DNA of 64,000 nucleotides from an uncultured candidate division Zixibacteria bacterium (GTDB lineage: Bacteria > Zixibacteria > MSB-5A5 > UBA10806): contig CAWDFP010000006.1 in the NCBI GenBank assembly GCA_963801605.1, forward strand, positions 1,152,001-1,216,000. The letters are read 5' to 3'. Below, in pieces: positions 9,827-19,639 of the stretch. Below the pieces are notes generated by a model. The model was given only the letters and a program-made list of their open reading frames with translations, searched no databases and was not told where the DNA came from. Every line of letters starts with the position of its first letter. The first letter of the stretch is position 1. The position numbers and the translations under genes are program-made.

Positions 9827-12285
9827 TTGATAAAGAAGATTCTTTTACTGCTTCTTCTTGTAGGTTTCGCGACAAACCTTCAGGCCGCTTTTCGGCATGA
9901 TACCAGCGGAGATGGTCCAAGGAGGCTTGCCAAACCATCCGTGCTTCCCAATACACAATTGAGAGTTCACGATGTTGGCAAAGTTTGGATGTCTGTGACC
10001 AACTTCGGGTTTTTCGGAAGTCAGGATGGCGAATTCAAGGATGCCAGCGGGAAATACCTGGTGGCGCCCGGCTGCGAATTCCCCGGAGGAAGCAACTTTA
10101 CGTATCTTTTCCAGGGCGCGCTCTGGATTGGAGCCATAATCGATACTACTAATGATCTGGGCCAGAGCGTATTTGATACCCTGGTATCGATTGGTAATGA
10201 CGGTTGGTGGGGGAACCTGTTTGAAATGTATCCCTCGAATCCCGCCCGGCGGAGATATCCTTGTCCGTTCGATCAGGCCTGCCGATGTCTATCCTTACGG
10301 TGATTCGGCTGGTGCAAAATCGGAACAGGACTATGTTGCGGTATACACTGATACAGTTACCTCATCGCTGGTTAGCGAAGATCCCAACGATGGACGCAAG
10401 CATATTCCACTTGGTATTGAAATTACCCAGCGCAGTTATGCCTGGAGCTACGAATATGCCGAGGATTTCATTCTTTTCGACTTCGATATTGCAAATATCG
10501 GCCGTCGAAATCTGGAAAATCTCTGGGTCGGACTTTATATTGATGCCGATGTGTATCATAGTTCGGAAAACCCCTACGGTATCGAACAGGGAGCCCAGGA
10601 CGATATCTGCGGTTTCGATCTTTATAATACCACCGGGAGCGACACCACAACCATTAATACCGCCTGGATTGCCGATAACGATGGGCAACCTTATGACGGC
10701 GCCTACGACTACCGTTCTCCCCGCGGTGTAACCGGCGTAAGAGTCGTTAGAACACCGCTGGCCGATACATCGCTTAAGACCAGTTTTAATTGGTGGATTT
10801 CTAATATGGATGCCCCTAAGGATTGGGGTCCGAGAAGAACTTCGTTCGGTACTGAACCATTTCCGGGCGGCGGTGTGGGTACACCTGGCGGAGATGTGGC
10901 CAAATATAGAGTGATGGCAAACGGTGAATTTGATTATGATCAAATTTGGTGCGCTATTCAGCATGAGGGCTGGATAGCACCGCCAAGCACTGCTACCGAT
11001 CTGGCCAACGGTTACGACACACGCTATCTGTTCTCATTCGGTCCTTTTCCAAGCGTACCTTCCGACAGCATCCTCAAGCTAACCACGGCTTACGTTTGCG
11101 GCGAGAACTTACATTCCGATCCCCAGAATTTTGCCAACAATCTGATGGGAAAAGAATCCGATTCGGCTTCGATTCAGACGTTATTATGACAAGCTGGACT
11201 TTACAGATTTTGCAACTAACGCGCAATGGGCCGACTGGGTTTATGATAACCCTGGCGTTGATACCGACGGCAATGGTACTTTTGGAGATTATCGAATTAC
11301 GGCCACAGGCGATACCTTCTGGTTCAAAGGCGATGGTGTTCCGGATTTTGCTGGTCCGCCTCCGCCTCCAGCTCCCAAATTGTACGTCGCAACCAGTACC
11401 GGGTATGTGAGTTTGGCATGGGATGGAAATATAACTGAATCCACAAAGGATAATTTTAGCAAGAGAGTTGATTTCGAAGGTTATCGAGTCTATATGTCGA
11501 AAACCGGCCGCAGCGATGATTATACTCTTCTGGGTGATTACGATTTAGTCGATTTTGATTACACCTGGTTTGATACCACTCAATCGCCGGCACAATGGAC
11601 TAATTGGAAAAAAGCCCCGAAAAGGATCGAGGAATTTCCAGCCGGTTTTGATCCCGACGTTTTCAGATTAGAGGACTTAATTCCGGATACCGCCGGAGTG
11701 CTGCAGGGAGGCCACTGGATTAAGCATGGTTGGAACACCGGCCTGGCGGCTGTTCAGACGCCCGATTCGACTCGCTGGTACCATATGGAGATGGATAGCT
11801 TATCGGAAGCCCAGGGTCTTTATTTTGCAGTTACGGCTTATGACTATGGTGATCCGGTAACAAAGTTGTCTTCACTGGAATCGTCACCGGCCATTAATGC
11901 CAAGCTTGTCTTCCCGATCGCGATAGGCAGCGGTGAAAAAGTCGCAGTCTACCCCAATCCATATATTTTTACGGATGCTACCAAGCCCGGCGGATATATC
12001 GACAGGGGATGGGAAGATCCTGACAGATCAGGCAATACAGTATTTGATCGTCGCGTCAGATTTGAAGGCCTGCCACCAGGATGGTCCGTCAGAATATTTA
12101 CTCTCGATGGCGATTTGGTCAAGCAGATCAATTATGGCGACGCTCCATATACGATCGCGCCGACCACCTGCTACTGGGATCTCATCAGCCGCAACACTCA
12201 AGCCGTGGTTTCGGGCGTTTACATTTATGTAATCGAAGGCGCCAACGGTTACCATGAGCTTGGGAAGTTAGCGATTATTAAATAG
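9827..12285 (+). CDS. Large secreted protein (about 818 aa) with Pro-rich linker, FN3-like domain and CTD-like end; two +1 frameshifts (near 10241 and 11181)
   Basis: ORFs 9827-10303, 10152-11189 and the frame of 11380-12285 join (...YPSN|PPGGDI...; ...IQT|YYDKLDF...GPPPPPAP); ends VYPNPY...WDLISRN...SGVYIYV...GKLAIIK; span 3n+2. Confidence 0.75.
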
Positions 12286-12300
12286 ACCAGGAGGCTATGA

Positions 12301-13251
12301 ATGAAAAAATACGTTTTGTTGTTCCCCTTAGTGGCGCTGCTGCTTAGCCCCGGCCTATGTTTTGGGCAGGCTAAGGTCGGGACCGCGGGGGCCAAGTTCC
12401 TACAGATCGGGGTTTCGGCACGAGCCATAGGCATGGGTGAAGCCTTCCTGGGTGTGTCCGATGATGCCTCCGATCTTTATTACAATCCCGGTGCGCTGTC
12501 TCTTCTTACCCAGAAAGAAGTGGTATTCACGCATGTGCAATATCCCGCCGGAATTCAATATGAATTCGTGGGATTTGTGCTTCCGACACCAGCGTTGGCC
12601 GGTTCATTCGGAGCGGCATTCTATGCGCTCCACATGGATGATATTCCGGTAACCGATTATGATCATATCCGCGGCAACGGCACGACCTTTACATCGCAGG
12701 ATATGGCAATGGGACTTTCTTACAGCGCCGGTTTAACCGATAGATTTTCGGTCGGCGTAACGGCGAAATATATCACCCAGCTTCTACACACGTACAAAGC
12801 CACCGGTTGGGCGATGGATTTAGGAACTTACTACGATACCGGATTCCGCAATTTCAAGATATGTATGGTGATTGCCAACTTCGGACCGGATTTGACATTC
12901 ATCAGCGATTCTTATCCTTTGCCTACCGATTTCAGGTTCGGCACAGCTATCGATGTCATCCAGAGCGAAAGCTCGCGTTTGACGGCAGCGGTACAGGTTT
13001 CGCATCCCAATGACAATCTTGAGAAGTACAATATGGGACTCGAATACTGGCTTAGCGATAAGTATTCGATCCGGGTCGGTAAGAAGTTCAACTACGATTA
13101 TTATGATAAGGGCGATGTGGGCGGAGGTCTGACCTTCGGCGCGGGAGTCAGGCTGCCGTTTTCAAGTTATCGTCTGACCCTTGATTATGCTTACCAGGAT
13201 CTAGGTTTTCTTGATTCTGTAAACCGGTTCTCATTCGGATTCAGGTTTTAA
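12301..13251 (+). CDS. PorV/PorQ-family (FadL-like) outer-membrane beta-barrel
   Basis: KVGTAGAKFLQIGVSARAIGMGEA...YYNPGAL N-terminus typical of the family; terminal FGFRF. Confidence 0.85.
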   Translation: MKKYVLLFPLVALLLSPGLCFGQAKVGTAGAKFLQIGVSARAIGMGEAFLGVSDDASDLYYNPGALSLLTQKEVVFTHVQYPAGIQYEFVGFVLPTPALAGSFGAAFYALHMDDIPVTDYDHIRGNGTTFTSQDMAMGLSYSAGLTDRFSVGVTAKYITQLLHTYKATGWAMDLGTYYDTGFRNFKICMVIANFGPDLTFISDSYPLPTDFRFGTAIDVIQSESSRLTAAVQVSHPNDNLEKYNMGLEYWLSDKYSIRVGKKFNYDYYDKGDVGGGLTFGAGVRLPFSSYRLTLDYAYQDLGFLDSVNRFSFGFRF

Positions 13252-13265
13252 GGGGAGGATGAAGC

Positions 13266-14969
13266 ATGAAAAACCAAAAACTAATACTGATCGTCCTTGT
13301 GATAATGGCAACGCTTATGCTGGTTTTCGCCGGATGCAGCGAGAAATCGCTTAAGGGGAAACTGTTGACCCCTCAGCCGCCGTCGATTTTCTGGGCGAGC
13401 GTTAGCATCGATACACTCAACCATCGTAATCCGGTCTTGCATTGGTTCAGCACTGACCAGGATGGCGTAGTGCTCGACTATCAATATACCGTGATACTAA
13501 CCTCATCAGTCGATTCGCTTGGCGGGATAAACTCTGTGATGCAGAACTTCCCCGCCAATGCCAGCTGGAATATCATTCATACAGATTCAGCGACCATACC
13601 GCTATATGCCTCCGGGGATACTTCGGTGTTTGTCAGCCAATATGTTTTTATTCGAGCCATGGATGAGGATAGTCTCTTTTCGGGTATTATTTACAAGCAG
13701 ATGGCGCGAAATAATCATCCCCCTACCTGTTATGTCGTAGTACCGATGACAATAGATGGCGTGCATCCCGAACAACAATGGAGCTTGCCGGAGACAACCG
13801 GCACCTGGAAAGGTATCAGAGTTGCCTGGGTAGGGAAAGATTCGATTGATATTCCCGGCAGTATTCAGCCGGATTTCGATTGGAATATCCGTATCTATGG
13901 ACCTTTTACCGATTCATTATCCGCCGATACCACGGGCCTTTATCGCCAGTACTATTCGGATTCGACACACACCAGCGTCTGGATTCGATCTAAGCAGATG
14001 TACCTCACTAATCTTCAAACCGGCTGGTACATCCTTTATGCTCAGAACCGGGATGATGCTTTTACAACGTCAGTTCCGGCGCTGGGATACCTGACATCTT
14101 ATGAGCCTACCTGGATCAGACATCCTGAATTAACCAAACCGATACTAATTGCCAATCACAGTTTCTATGCCCAGGAAGGCGCTTTTAACGCCACCGCCAA
14201 AGGTGAGCTTAGAGTTTCCAAGCGCGATTCCGTCCGAGCTTTCTACATGCAGATGATTCAAAATGCGGGCTACGATACGGTAACCGATGTCGATTGGAAG
14301 GATTTTATCAGCAATACCTCGCCTCGTGCCGTTGCCAAATCGGATCTGTATAACCATAAAATGGTTATCCTGCTCGATACCGATTACAACTATCCGCTGG
14401 ATACAGACATCCAGGAAACACCTTATTCGCTGTATATGGATGTCGGCGGTATGATATGGCTTATTGGCAGGCGTTCATTTGATCCCTCAGGCGGAGGCCG
14501 AATTGATTTCGGTATCAATGGAGACCGCGACGGGAAGCATGCTATCGCTTACAGATATTTTAACCTTTCCGGCGCTTATTCGCAGCCCACGAATAATTTC
14601 AGGCAGGCTGAATTTGCCGGTGCATCGGCTCTCATTGCAGGATTCCCGGATTTAGCCGTTGATACTCTGCGAGTAGCCCAATGTAATTGGGCTCGAATCA
14701 GCGGTACTGACACGACTTATTTCCTCTATTCTCATGGACTCATCGGGGTGGATAACTTAAACAGGCTCGGGGATTCCGAAACCATTTATAAATATACTGC
14801 GGTCAATCCCGACACCTCCCGTTTCCATAATTTCCCGGTGGCAACTCGCTATAATCGAGGGACATTTAAGACCTCTTACTTCGCTTTCCCGCTCTATTTT
14901 ATTCAAACTGAGCAGGCTCAAGAGGTGGTAAATCAAATGCTGGCATGGTTTGATCCTCGAAATTACTAA
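13266..14969 (+). CDS. Lipoprotein of unknown function
   Basis: Signal peptide with FAGC lipobox; RBS ggagga; co-oriented and tightly spaced after the PorV-like gene. Confidence 0.75.
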   Translation: MKNQKLILIVLVIMATLMLVFAGCSEKSLKGKLLTPQPPSIFWASVSIDTLNHRNPVLHWFSTDQDGVVLDYQYTVILTSSVDSLGGINSVMQNFPANASWNIIHTDSATIPLYASGDTSVFVSQYVFIRAMDEDSLFSGIIYKQMARNNHPPTCYVVVPMTIDGVHPEQQWSLPETTGTWKGIRVAWVGKDSIDIPGSIQPDFDWNIRIYGPFTDSLSADTTGLYRQYYSDSTHTSVWIRSKQMYLTNLQTGWYILYAQNRDDAFTTSVPALGYLTSYEPTWIRHPELTKPILIANHSFYAQEGAFNATAKGELRVSKRDSVRAFYMQMIQNAGYDTVTDVDWKDFISNTSPRAVAKSDLYNHKMVILLDTDYNYPLDTDIQETPYSLYMDVGGMIWLIGRRSFDPSGGGRIDFGINGDRDGKHAIAYRYFNLSGAYSQPTNNFRQAEFAGASALIAGFPDLAVDTLRVAQCNWARISGTDTTYFLYSHGLIGVDNLNRLGDSETIYKYTAVNPDTSRFHNFPVATRYNRGTFKTSYFAFPLYFIQTEQAQEVVNQMLAWFDPRNY

Positions 14970-14987
14970 TCGATTTTTACTATTTTT

Positions 14988-15020
14988 AGGGCGCCCGATA
15001 TATTCGGGCGCCTTTTTTTT
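14988..15020 (+). terminator. Intrinsic terminator closing the TBDR cassette
   Basis: ggcgcccga-tatat-tcgggcgcc followed by T8. Confidence 0.85.
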
Positions 15021-15059
15021 ATTTATTCAATTCACGCCACAGATTATATTAAGAGCGAT

Positions 15060-16028
15060 ATGAGTACCAGATTAGTGGATATGCCCAAAATCGCAGTAAT
15101 CGGGCACCTGGTAAAAGATGAGATAAAGACGCTCGATGGCGCAATTAGTGTCGCCCTGGGAGGCACAGCCTATAATCTGGCGGCGTTGGCGGCCGTTCAG
15201 GTCCAGGGAAAGATTTATCCCGTTTGCCGTATCGGGAGCGATATAAAGTGTCTATCCGATGAGCTTTTCGATTTATCGCCTCGATTTGATCTCGCGAACG
15301 TTAATTATGCCAGACGGCCCAATGCGGTCCATCGGCTAACTTACAATCCCGATGGCAGCCGCGGTGAATGGAATTCCGGGAGACAAGTCCCTCTTAAAAT
15401 TGATTCGGCGCTCTTAAAATGCAATGCACTTTTGATTAATTTTATCTCCGGAAATGATGTTAAACTTTCTGATTTACAGGCTTTAAGGAAACATTATAAG
15501 GGCCTGATATATTGCGATTACCACAGCCTTTCGCTGGGTTTGGATAGCGATAAAATAAGATTTATACGATATCATCCCCGCTGGCGCGATTATTTGTCGG
15601 CAGTCGATATAATTCAAATGAATCTGCTTGAGCTTTCCAGTATTTTTGGTCGAAAACTCGATAGCCGTAAAGCGGCGATGGAAGCCTTTGAACTATTACA
15701 TAAGGCTGGCCCCCAGGTTGCGATAATTACAGCCGGACGAGATGGCGTAATATTATCGCAACATTCCGAAGGGCGCTACTACCATATACCGGCAGTCAAA
15801 ATTACCAGGGAAGTGGATGCCACCGGATGCGGAGATACGCTAAGTTCCTCATTTTTATATCATTATTTGATTTCGGGAAATATCGTAGGTTCACTGGAAA
15901 CGGCCAACCATTATGCGGCGGCTAAAGCTACTTTCTCAGGTTTAGCGGGGTTTGCCAATATCGAAGAAATCAAATCCAAAATAGGACCACCATCCAAAGC
16001 CGAGAGAATTTTCGGCATTTCGCATTAA
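15060..16028 (+). CDS. PfkB-family carbohydrate kinase
   Basis: GGTAYN, ITAGRDG and VDATGCGD motifs. Confidence 0.85.
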   Translation: MSTRLVDMPKIAVIGHLVKDEIKTLDGAISVALGGTAYNLAALAAVQVQGKIYPVCRIGSDIKCLSDELFDLSPRFDLANVNYARRPNAVHRLTYNPDGSRGEWNSGRQVPLKIDSALLKCNALLINFISGNDVKLSDLQALRKHYKGLIYCDYHSLSLGLDSDKIRFIRYHPRWRDYLSAVDIIQMNLLELSSIFGRKLDSRKAAMEAFELLHKAGPQVAIITAGRDGVILSQHSEGRYYHIPAVKITREVDATGCGDTLSSSFLYHYLISGNIVGSLETANHYAAAKATFSGLAGFANIEEIKSKIGPPSKAERIFGISH

Positions 16029-16171
16029 GCCAAAACAACTCGTCAGGCAACTGGTATAAGGATTTTGCAATAGCCCACAAGGCTTAAGGATTAGATAATT
16101 CTATACAAAATTTTAATTTGCTCCGTAGACTTGCATTAATAAAAATTAATCAATCACACTTTAATACTAAT

Positions 16172-16203
16172 AAAAAGGGGATAGAGCTAATGGCTCTATC
16201 CCC
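16172..16203 (-). terminator. Terminator of the citrate synthase gene
   Basis: ggggatagagc/gctctatcccc stem with an A5 run on its left (U-tract on the minus strand). Confidence 0.8.
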
Positions 16204-16225
16204 GGAAATAGTAATATTCAGAAAA

Positions 16226-17524
16226 TTACATCGCAGGCGGCGTTGGAGGTTGTGCCGCGGCAATCTGCTTTTTTATCCAGGCAGTTGGCACTGATTTAGG
16301 GCGTTCGATCGGAATGCCATAAGCGCGGTTGACGACAAGCTGAGAGCACATGCCCAATGCACGTGAGATCGAGAAGAGCACTGTATAATACGAGAACTCT
16401 TTCAATCCGAAATGATAAAGCAGCGCGCCGGAGCCGGCGTCAACGTTGGGCCATGGATCTTTAGCTTTGCCCTGCTCAACGAGAACCTTTGGCACGATTT
16501 CAAATACCTTATTAACAATCTGGAAGACTGGATCATCTGACATTACACGTTTTCCAAAAGCGCGGAAAGCGTCAAAACGCGGATCGGTGATGCGGAGTAC
16601 GGCATGGCCATAACCGGGGATAACCTTACCTGAATTTAGCGTATCCCAGGCGAATTTGCGAAGCTGATCGTCGGTGGGAACGCCTTTGAACATATCAAGT
16701 ACCATCAGCACCCAACCCAGGCACTCTTGATTGGCCAAACCGTGAAGCGGGCCGGCGAGCCCGTTGAGACCGGCCGAAACAGCATAGTATGGATCGGAAA
16801 GGGCCGAACCTACGCAATGGCAGGTATGAGCAGATACGTTACCGCCCTCGTGATCGCTGTGAAGCACCATATAGAGGCGCATCAAATTGGCTAACTCACC
16901 GGTCTTATCCTTAATGCCAAGCATGTGAGCATAGTTGGCCGCCCAATCGAGTCCTTTTTTGCCGGCAATGCGCGGGCCTTTTTTGAAGCGCATGCGATAT
17001 ACTCCGGCGCCAATGGCGGGCAGCTTGGCGATAATATTGAGTGAATCCTCAAGCGTAGGAAGCCAGTAATCGTTCTTCTTCATGCCTTCATCATAACGTT
17101 TGCGGAAGATCGATTCTTTCTCCATAATTAGAATGGCGGTGTTGAACATCACCATAGGATGCGAATCTTTGGGCATTGCCTCTAATGTCTTCCAGACGTA
17201 AGCCGGTACTTTGGATCTGGCTTGGAGATCAGCCTGAAGGCTTTTCAGCTCTTTCTGATCGGGAAGCTCTCCAGTGAGCAAGAGGTAGAGGACCTCCTCG
17301 GGCAGCTTTTCGGTCAATTCAGCCACGGGGATTCCGCGAATGATGAGTCCTTTATCCGGGGGTACTTCGGAGGTGTCGCAGATCATTCCTTTGACACCGC
17401 GCATACCGCCATAGGCCTGTCCGATATTAACATCGGAAATAACCTGGTTTCCATGCTGTTTGTTTATGACGGCTATTTCATCGCGCCATTTGGGGATAAG
17501 TGCTTCAAGACGTTGTTTTAGCAT
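16226..17524 (-). CDS. gltA: Citrate (Si)-synthase, eukaryote/mitochondrial-like type
   Basis: YGGMRG, HSDHEGGNVSAH, GLAGPLHGLANQE, IPGYGHAVLR, WPNVDA and IERPKS motifs. Confidence 0.92.
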   Translation of the reverse strand: MLKQRLEALIPKWRDEIAVINKQHGNQVISDVNIGQAYGGMRGVKGMICDTSEVPPDKGLIIRGIPVAELTEKLPEEVLYLLLTGELPDQKELKSLQADLQARSKVPAYVWKTLEAMPKDSHPMVMFNTAILIMEKESIFRKRYDEGMKKNDYWLPTLEDSLNIIAKLPAIGAGVYRMRFKKGPRIAGKKGLDWAANYAHMLGIKDKTGELANLMRLYMVLHSDHEGGNVSAHTCHCVGSALSDPYYAVSAGLNGLAGPLHGLANQECLGWVLMVLDMFKGVPTDDQLRKFAWDTLNSGKVIPGYGHAVLRITDPRFDAFRAFGKRVMSDDPVFQIVNKVFEIVPKVLVEQGKAKDPWPNVDAGSGALLYHFGLKEFSYYTVLFSISRALGMCSQLVVNRAYGIPIERPKSVPTAWIKKQIAAAQPPTPPAM

Positions 17525-17699
17525 ATATCTATTCTCCTTGGTTTTTGAGTTTGGATAATTATACTAATTATCAACATGTTCATATTTTTTCCATTGTCAA
17601 GGGTTCGAAATAATAATTTGCTATCGATATCCATTAAGTCTCATAATTAATAATCTTGCCAGGCAAAGTCAATTAAAATATGGTTTTTGGTGGTTTTGG

Positions 17700-17717
17700 A
17701 TGATAATTATTTCACAA
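17700..17717. promoter_or_regulatory. Rex/CRP-like imperfect palindrome in the divergent gltA upstream region
   Basis: Minus strand reads TTGTGAA-ATAA-TTATCAT, versus Rex consensus TTGTGAA-N4-TTCACAA. Confidence 0.35.
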
Positions 17718-18083
17718 CAGTTCATTGGGAAAAGCGTAACCGGTATTATTAAAATTTATGCAAATTTATCGGGCATTGCCCATATTATTATTGTTAACCG
17801 TATTTAATTCTTATGGTTAGGGAAACAGTTTTCAGACAATCCCTTGGATTTCTATTAGAATATCGCAGTTTTCAATTGAAGGGATAACTTTGACTATTGA
17901 AGTAACATGTCTTTCGTCTTTCCGACATGATGCTTAGAATTTGCAAATCGATGTGATGAAATTGACGGAAACATACATTAGTAAAACGGCACAATCGAAT
18001 TTTTAATCGGATACTGATCAAATCGCGACATATTTCGCCTTTTCTATTTGACCTATCTATCCTTAAATACATATAATCCCTAA

Positions 18084-18848
18084 GTGAGAACTATTAAAAT
18101 AACATTCGCAATCCTGATGATGACGACGCTATCGGCATCTGCTGGGCTTCCGCCTCCTCAGGGATATGTGTCCGATTTTATGAATCTACTCGATAGCCAG
18201 AGTAGAATAAGAATCACCGATGCAATCCAGACTATCGAACAAGGTACCGGAGCTGAAATCGCAGTAATTATCCAGGATTCTCTGCCTGCCAATACCTCAA
18301 TTGAGGAACAGGCATTGGCCTACCTTACGGATTGGAAGATCGGTAAGAAAGGTCAGGATAACGGCCTGGTGCTATTAATTATCGATGATGAAACCAATCG
18401 TTACCACGCTTATCGGTTCGAAACCGGCTATGGTCTCGAAGGACAGCTTACTGACGCGACGCTCGGGCAAATCGGCCGTGAGGAAATGGTACCTCGTTTT
18501 CGCTCTGGCAATTACGGCGATGGCGTATTGGCTGGCGTTATCAGAATTGGTCAGGTTTTAGGCGCTGATATGGGAGCGGTGCCCAAACCAAAGAAACGCT
18601 CATCAGGCGCCCAGGGATTTGGCGCGCTTATATTCGTTATAATTATCTTAATGATGGTTTTTGGAGGCCGTGGCCGAGGTTTGGGCGGTGGATCAAGCCT
18701 GTTCTGGCTAATGATGCTGGGTGGCATGGGTGGCGGCCGTCGCGGGGGCGGATTCGGCGGCGGTGGCTTTGGAGGTGGTGGAGGAGGCTTCGGTGGTTTC
18801 GGCGGCGGCGGTGGAGGTGGCGGCGGTGGCGCCACCGGAAGCTGGTAA
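18084..18848 (+). CDS. TPM-domain (YgcG-like) membrane protein with Gly-rich tail
   Basis: GYVSDF, WKIGKKGQDNGLVLL, ETGYGLEG; TM helix; GGFGGGG tail ending GSW. Confidence 0.9.
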   Translation: MRTIKITFAILMMTTLSASAGLPPPQGYVSDFMNLLDSQSRIRITDAIQTIEQGTGAEIAVIIQDSLPANTSIEEQALAYLTDWKIGKKGQDNGLVLLIIDDETNRYHAYRFETGYGLEGQLTDATLGQIGREEMVPRFRSGNYGDGVLAGVIRIGQVLGADMGAVPKPKKRSSGAQGFGALIFVIIILMMVFGGRGRGLGGGSSLFWLMMLGGMGGGRRGGGFGGGGFGGGGGGFGGFGGGGGGGGGGATGSW

Positions 18849-18861
18849 ATAGACTATCAAT

Positions 18862-18891
18862 GGGCGTCTGGCAAGTCTGCTGGACGCCTTT
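18862..18891 (+). terminator. Terminator after the TPM gene
   Basis: ggcgtctggca/tgctggacgcc stem followed by ttt. Confidence 0.6.
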
Positions 18892-18915
18892 ACTGTATCT
18901 GATGTAAACAGTACT

Positions 18916-19033
18916 GCCGCGGGTTCCGCCCGTCCCGATCAAAGATCGGGACGCGGGAATCGGATTGGGGGTCCCGAACCCCCAATCCGTTTCCCTCTTT
19001 CGGTCCGATGGACCGAAAGGCGGAACCCGCGGC
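18916..19033. repeat. Four-stem palindromic element, copy 1 (REP/MITE-like)
   Basis: Perfect 15-bp terminal inverted repeat gccgcgggttccgcc/ggcggaacccgcggc enclosing three hairpins; second copy at 31238-31401. Confidence 0.85.
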
Positions 19034-19228
19034 GTATCGAGTAGCCAGAAGTGTGCCGAGGCAGTCGATGGCAGGTTAAACGGGCATAATTTTGCCACAA
19101 AAAGAGATTCTCTTTGCATTTTATAACTCATATAATTAAGATTAGAAAACCGGATTCAGTTTCAGTTACTCGTTAGCATGTTTAGGGTAGAACTGTTTGA
19201 AAAAAATAAAAAGGGAGGAAGGAATATC

Positions 19229-19540
19229 ATGGATATTTTGAAGAAAATCACACTGGCATCGATTGGCGCCGTCGATCTTACTCGTGAGAAAGCGGAGCAG
19301 ATGCTCGATGAGCTGGTCAAACGAGGCGAAATGACAAGCGATGAAAGGGCCGAAGCGATAAAGAATTTCGTTAACAAGTCAATTGATTCCACCGAAAAAT
19401 TGCGGCAGCATACCGAGGAGTTGTTCGAAAGGTTTTCAGGGCGGATATCATCGAAATTTAATGAGCAAATATCGCAACTGGCGAATCGAATCGAACAATT
19501 GAATGTCAGGCTATCGGAGCTTGAAAACAGAGCAAAATAA
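19229..19540 (+). CDS. Phasin/PhaF-PhaI-like granule-associated coiled-coil protein
   Basis: LKKITLASIGAVDLTREKAEQMLDELVKRGE; RBS before ATG 19229; upstream of ubiB, a common pairing. Confidence 0.8.
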   Translation: MDILKKITLASIGAVDLTREKAEQMLDELVKRGEMTSDERAEAIKNFVNKSIDSTEKLRQHTEELFERFSGRISSKFNEQISQLANRIEQLNVRLSELENRAK

Positions 19541-19639
19541 GCGGGAGTCTCAAAGTTAATGACATCCGCCTTATAGAGGCGGTTCAAAGCCAAAAATGAC
19601 GAAAATGTTAATTTATAAATTACTCTAAAAGGGGATAGG

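Noticed and set aside
18721..18840. GGC/GGT low-complexity repeat and the antisense poly-Pro ORF 18551-18835
   Set aside because: This is the ordinary Gly-rich tail of TPM proteins; the antisense ORF is its shadow.
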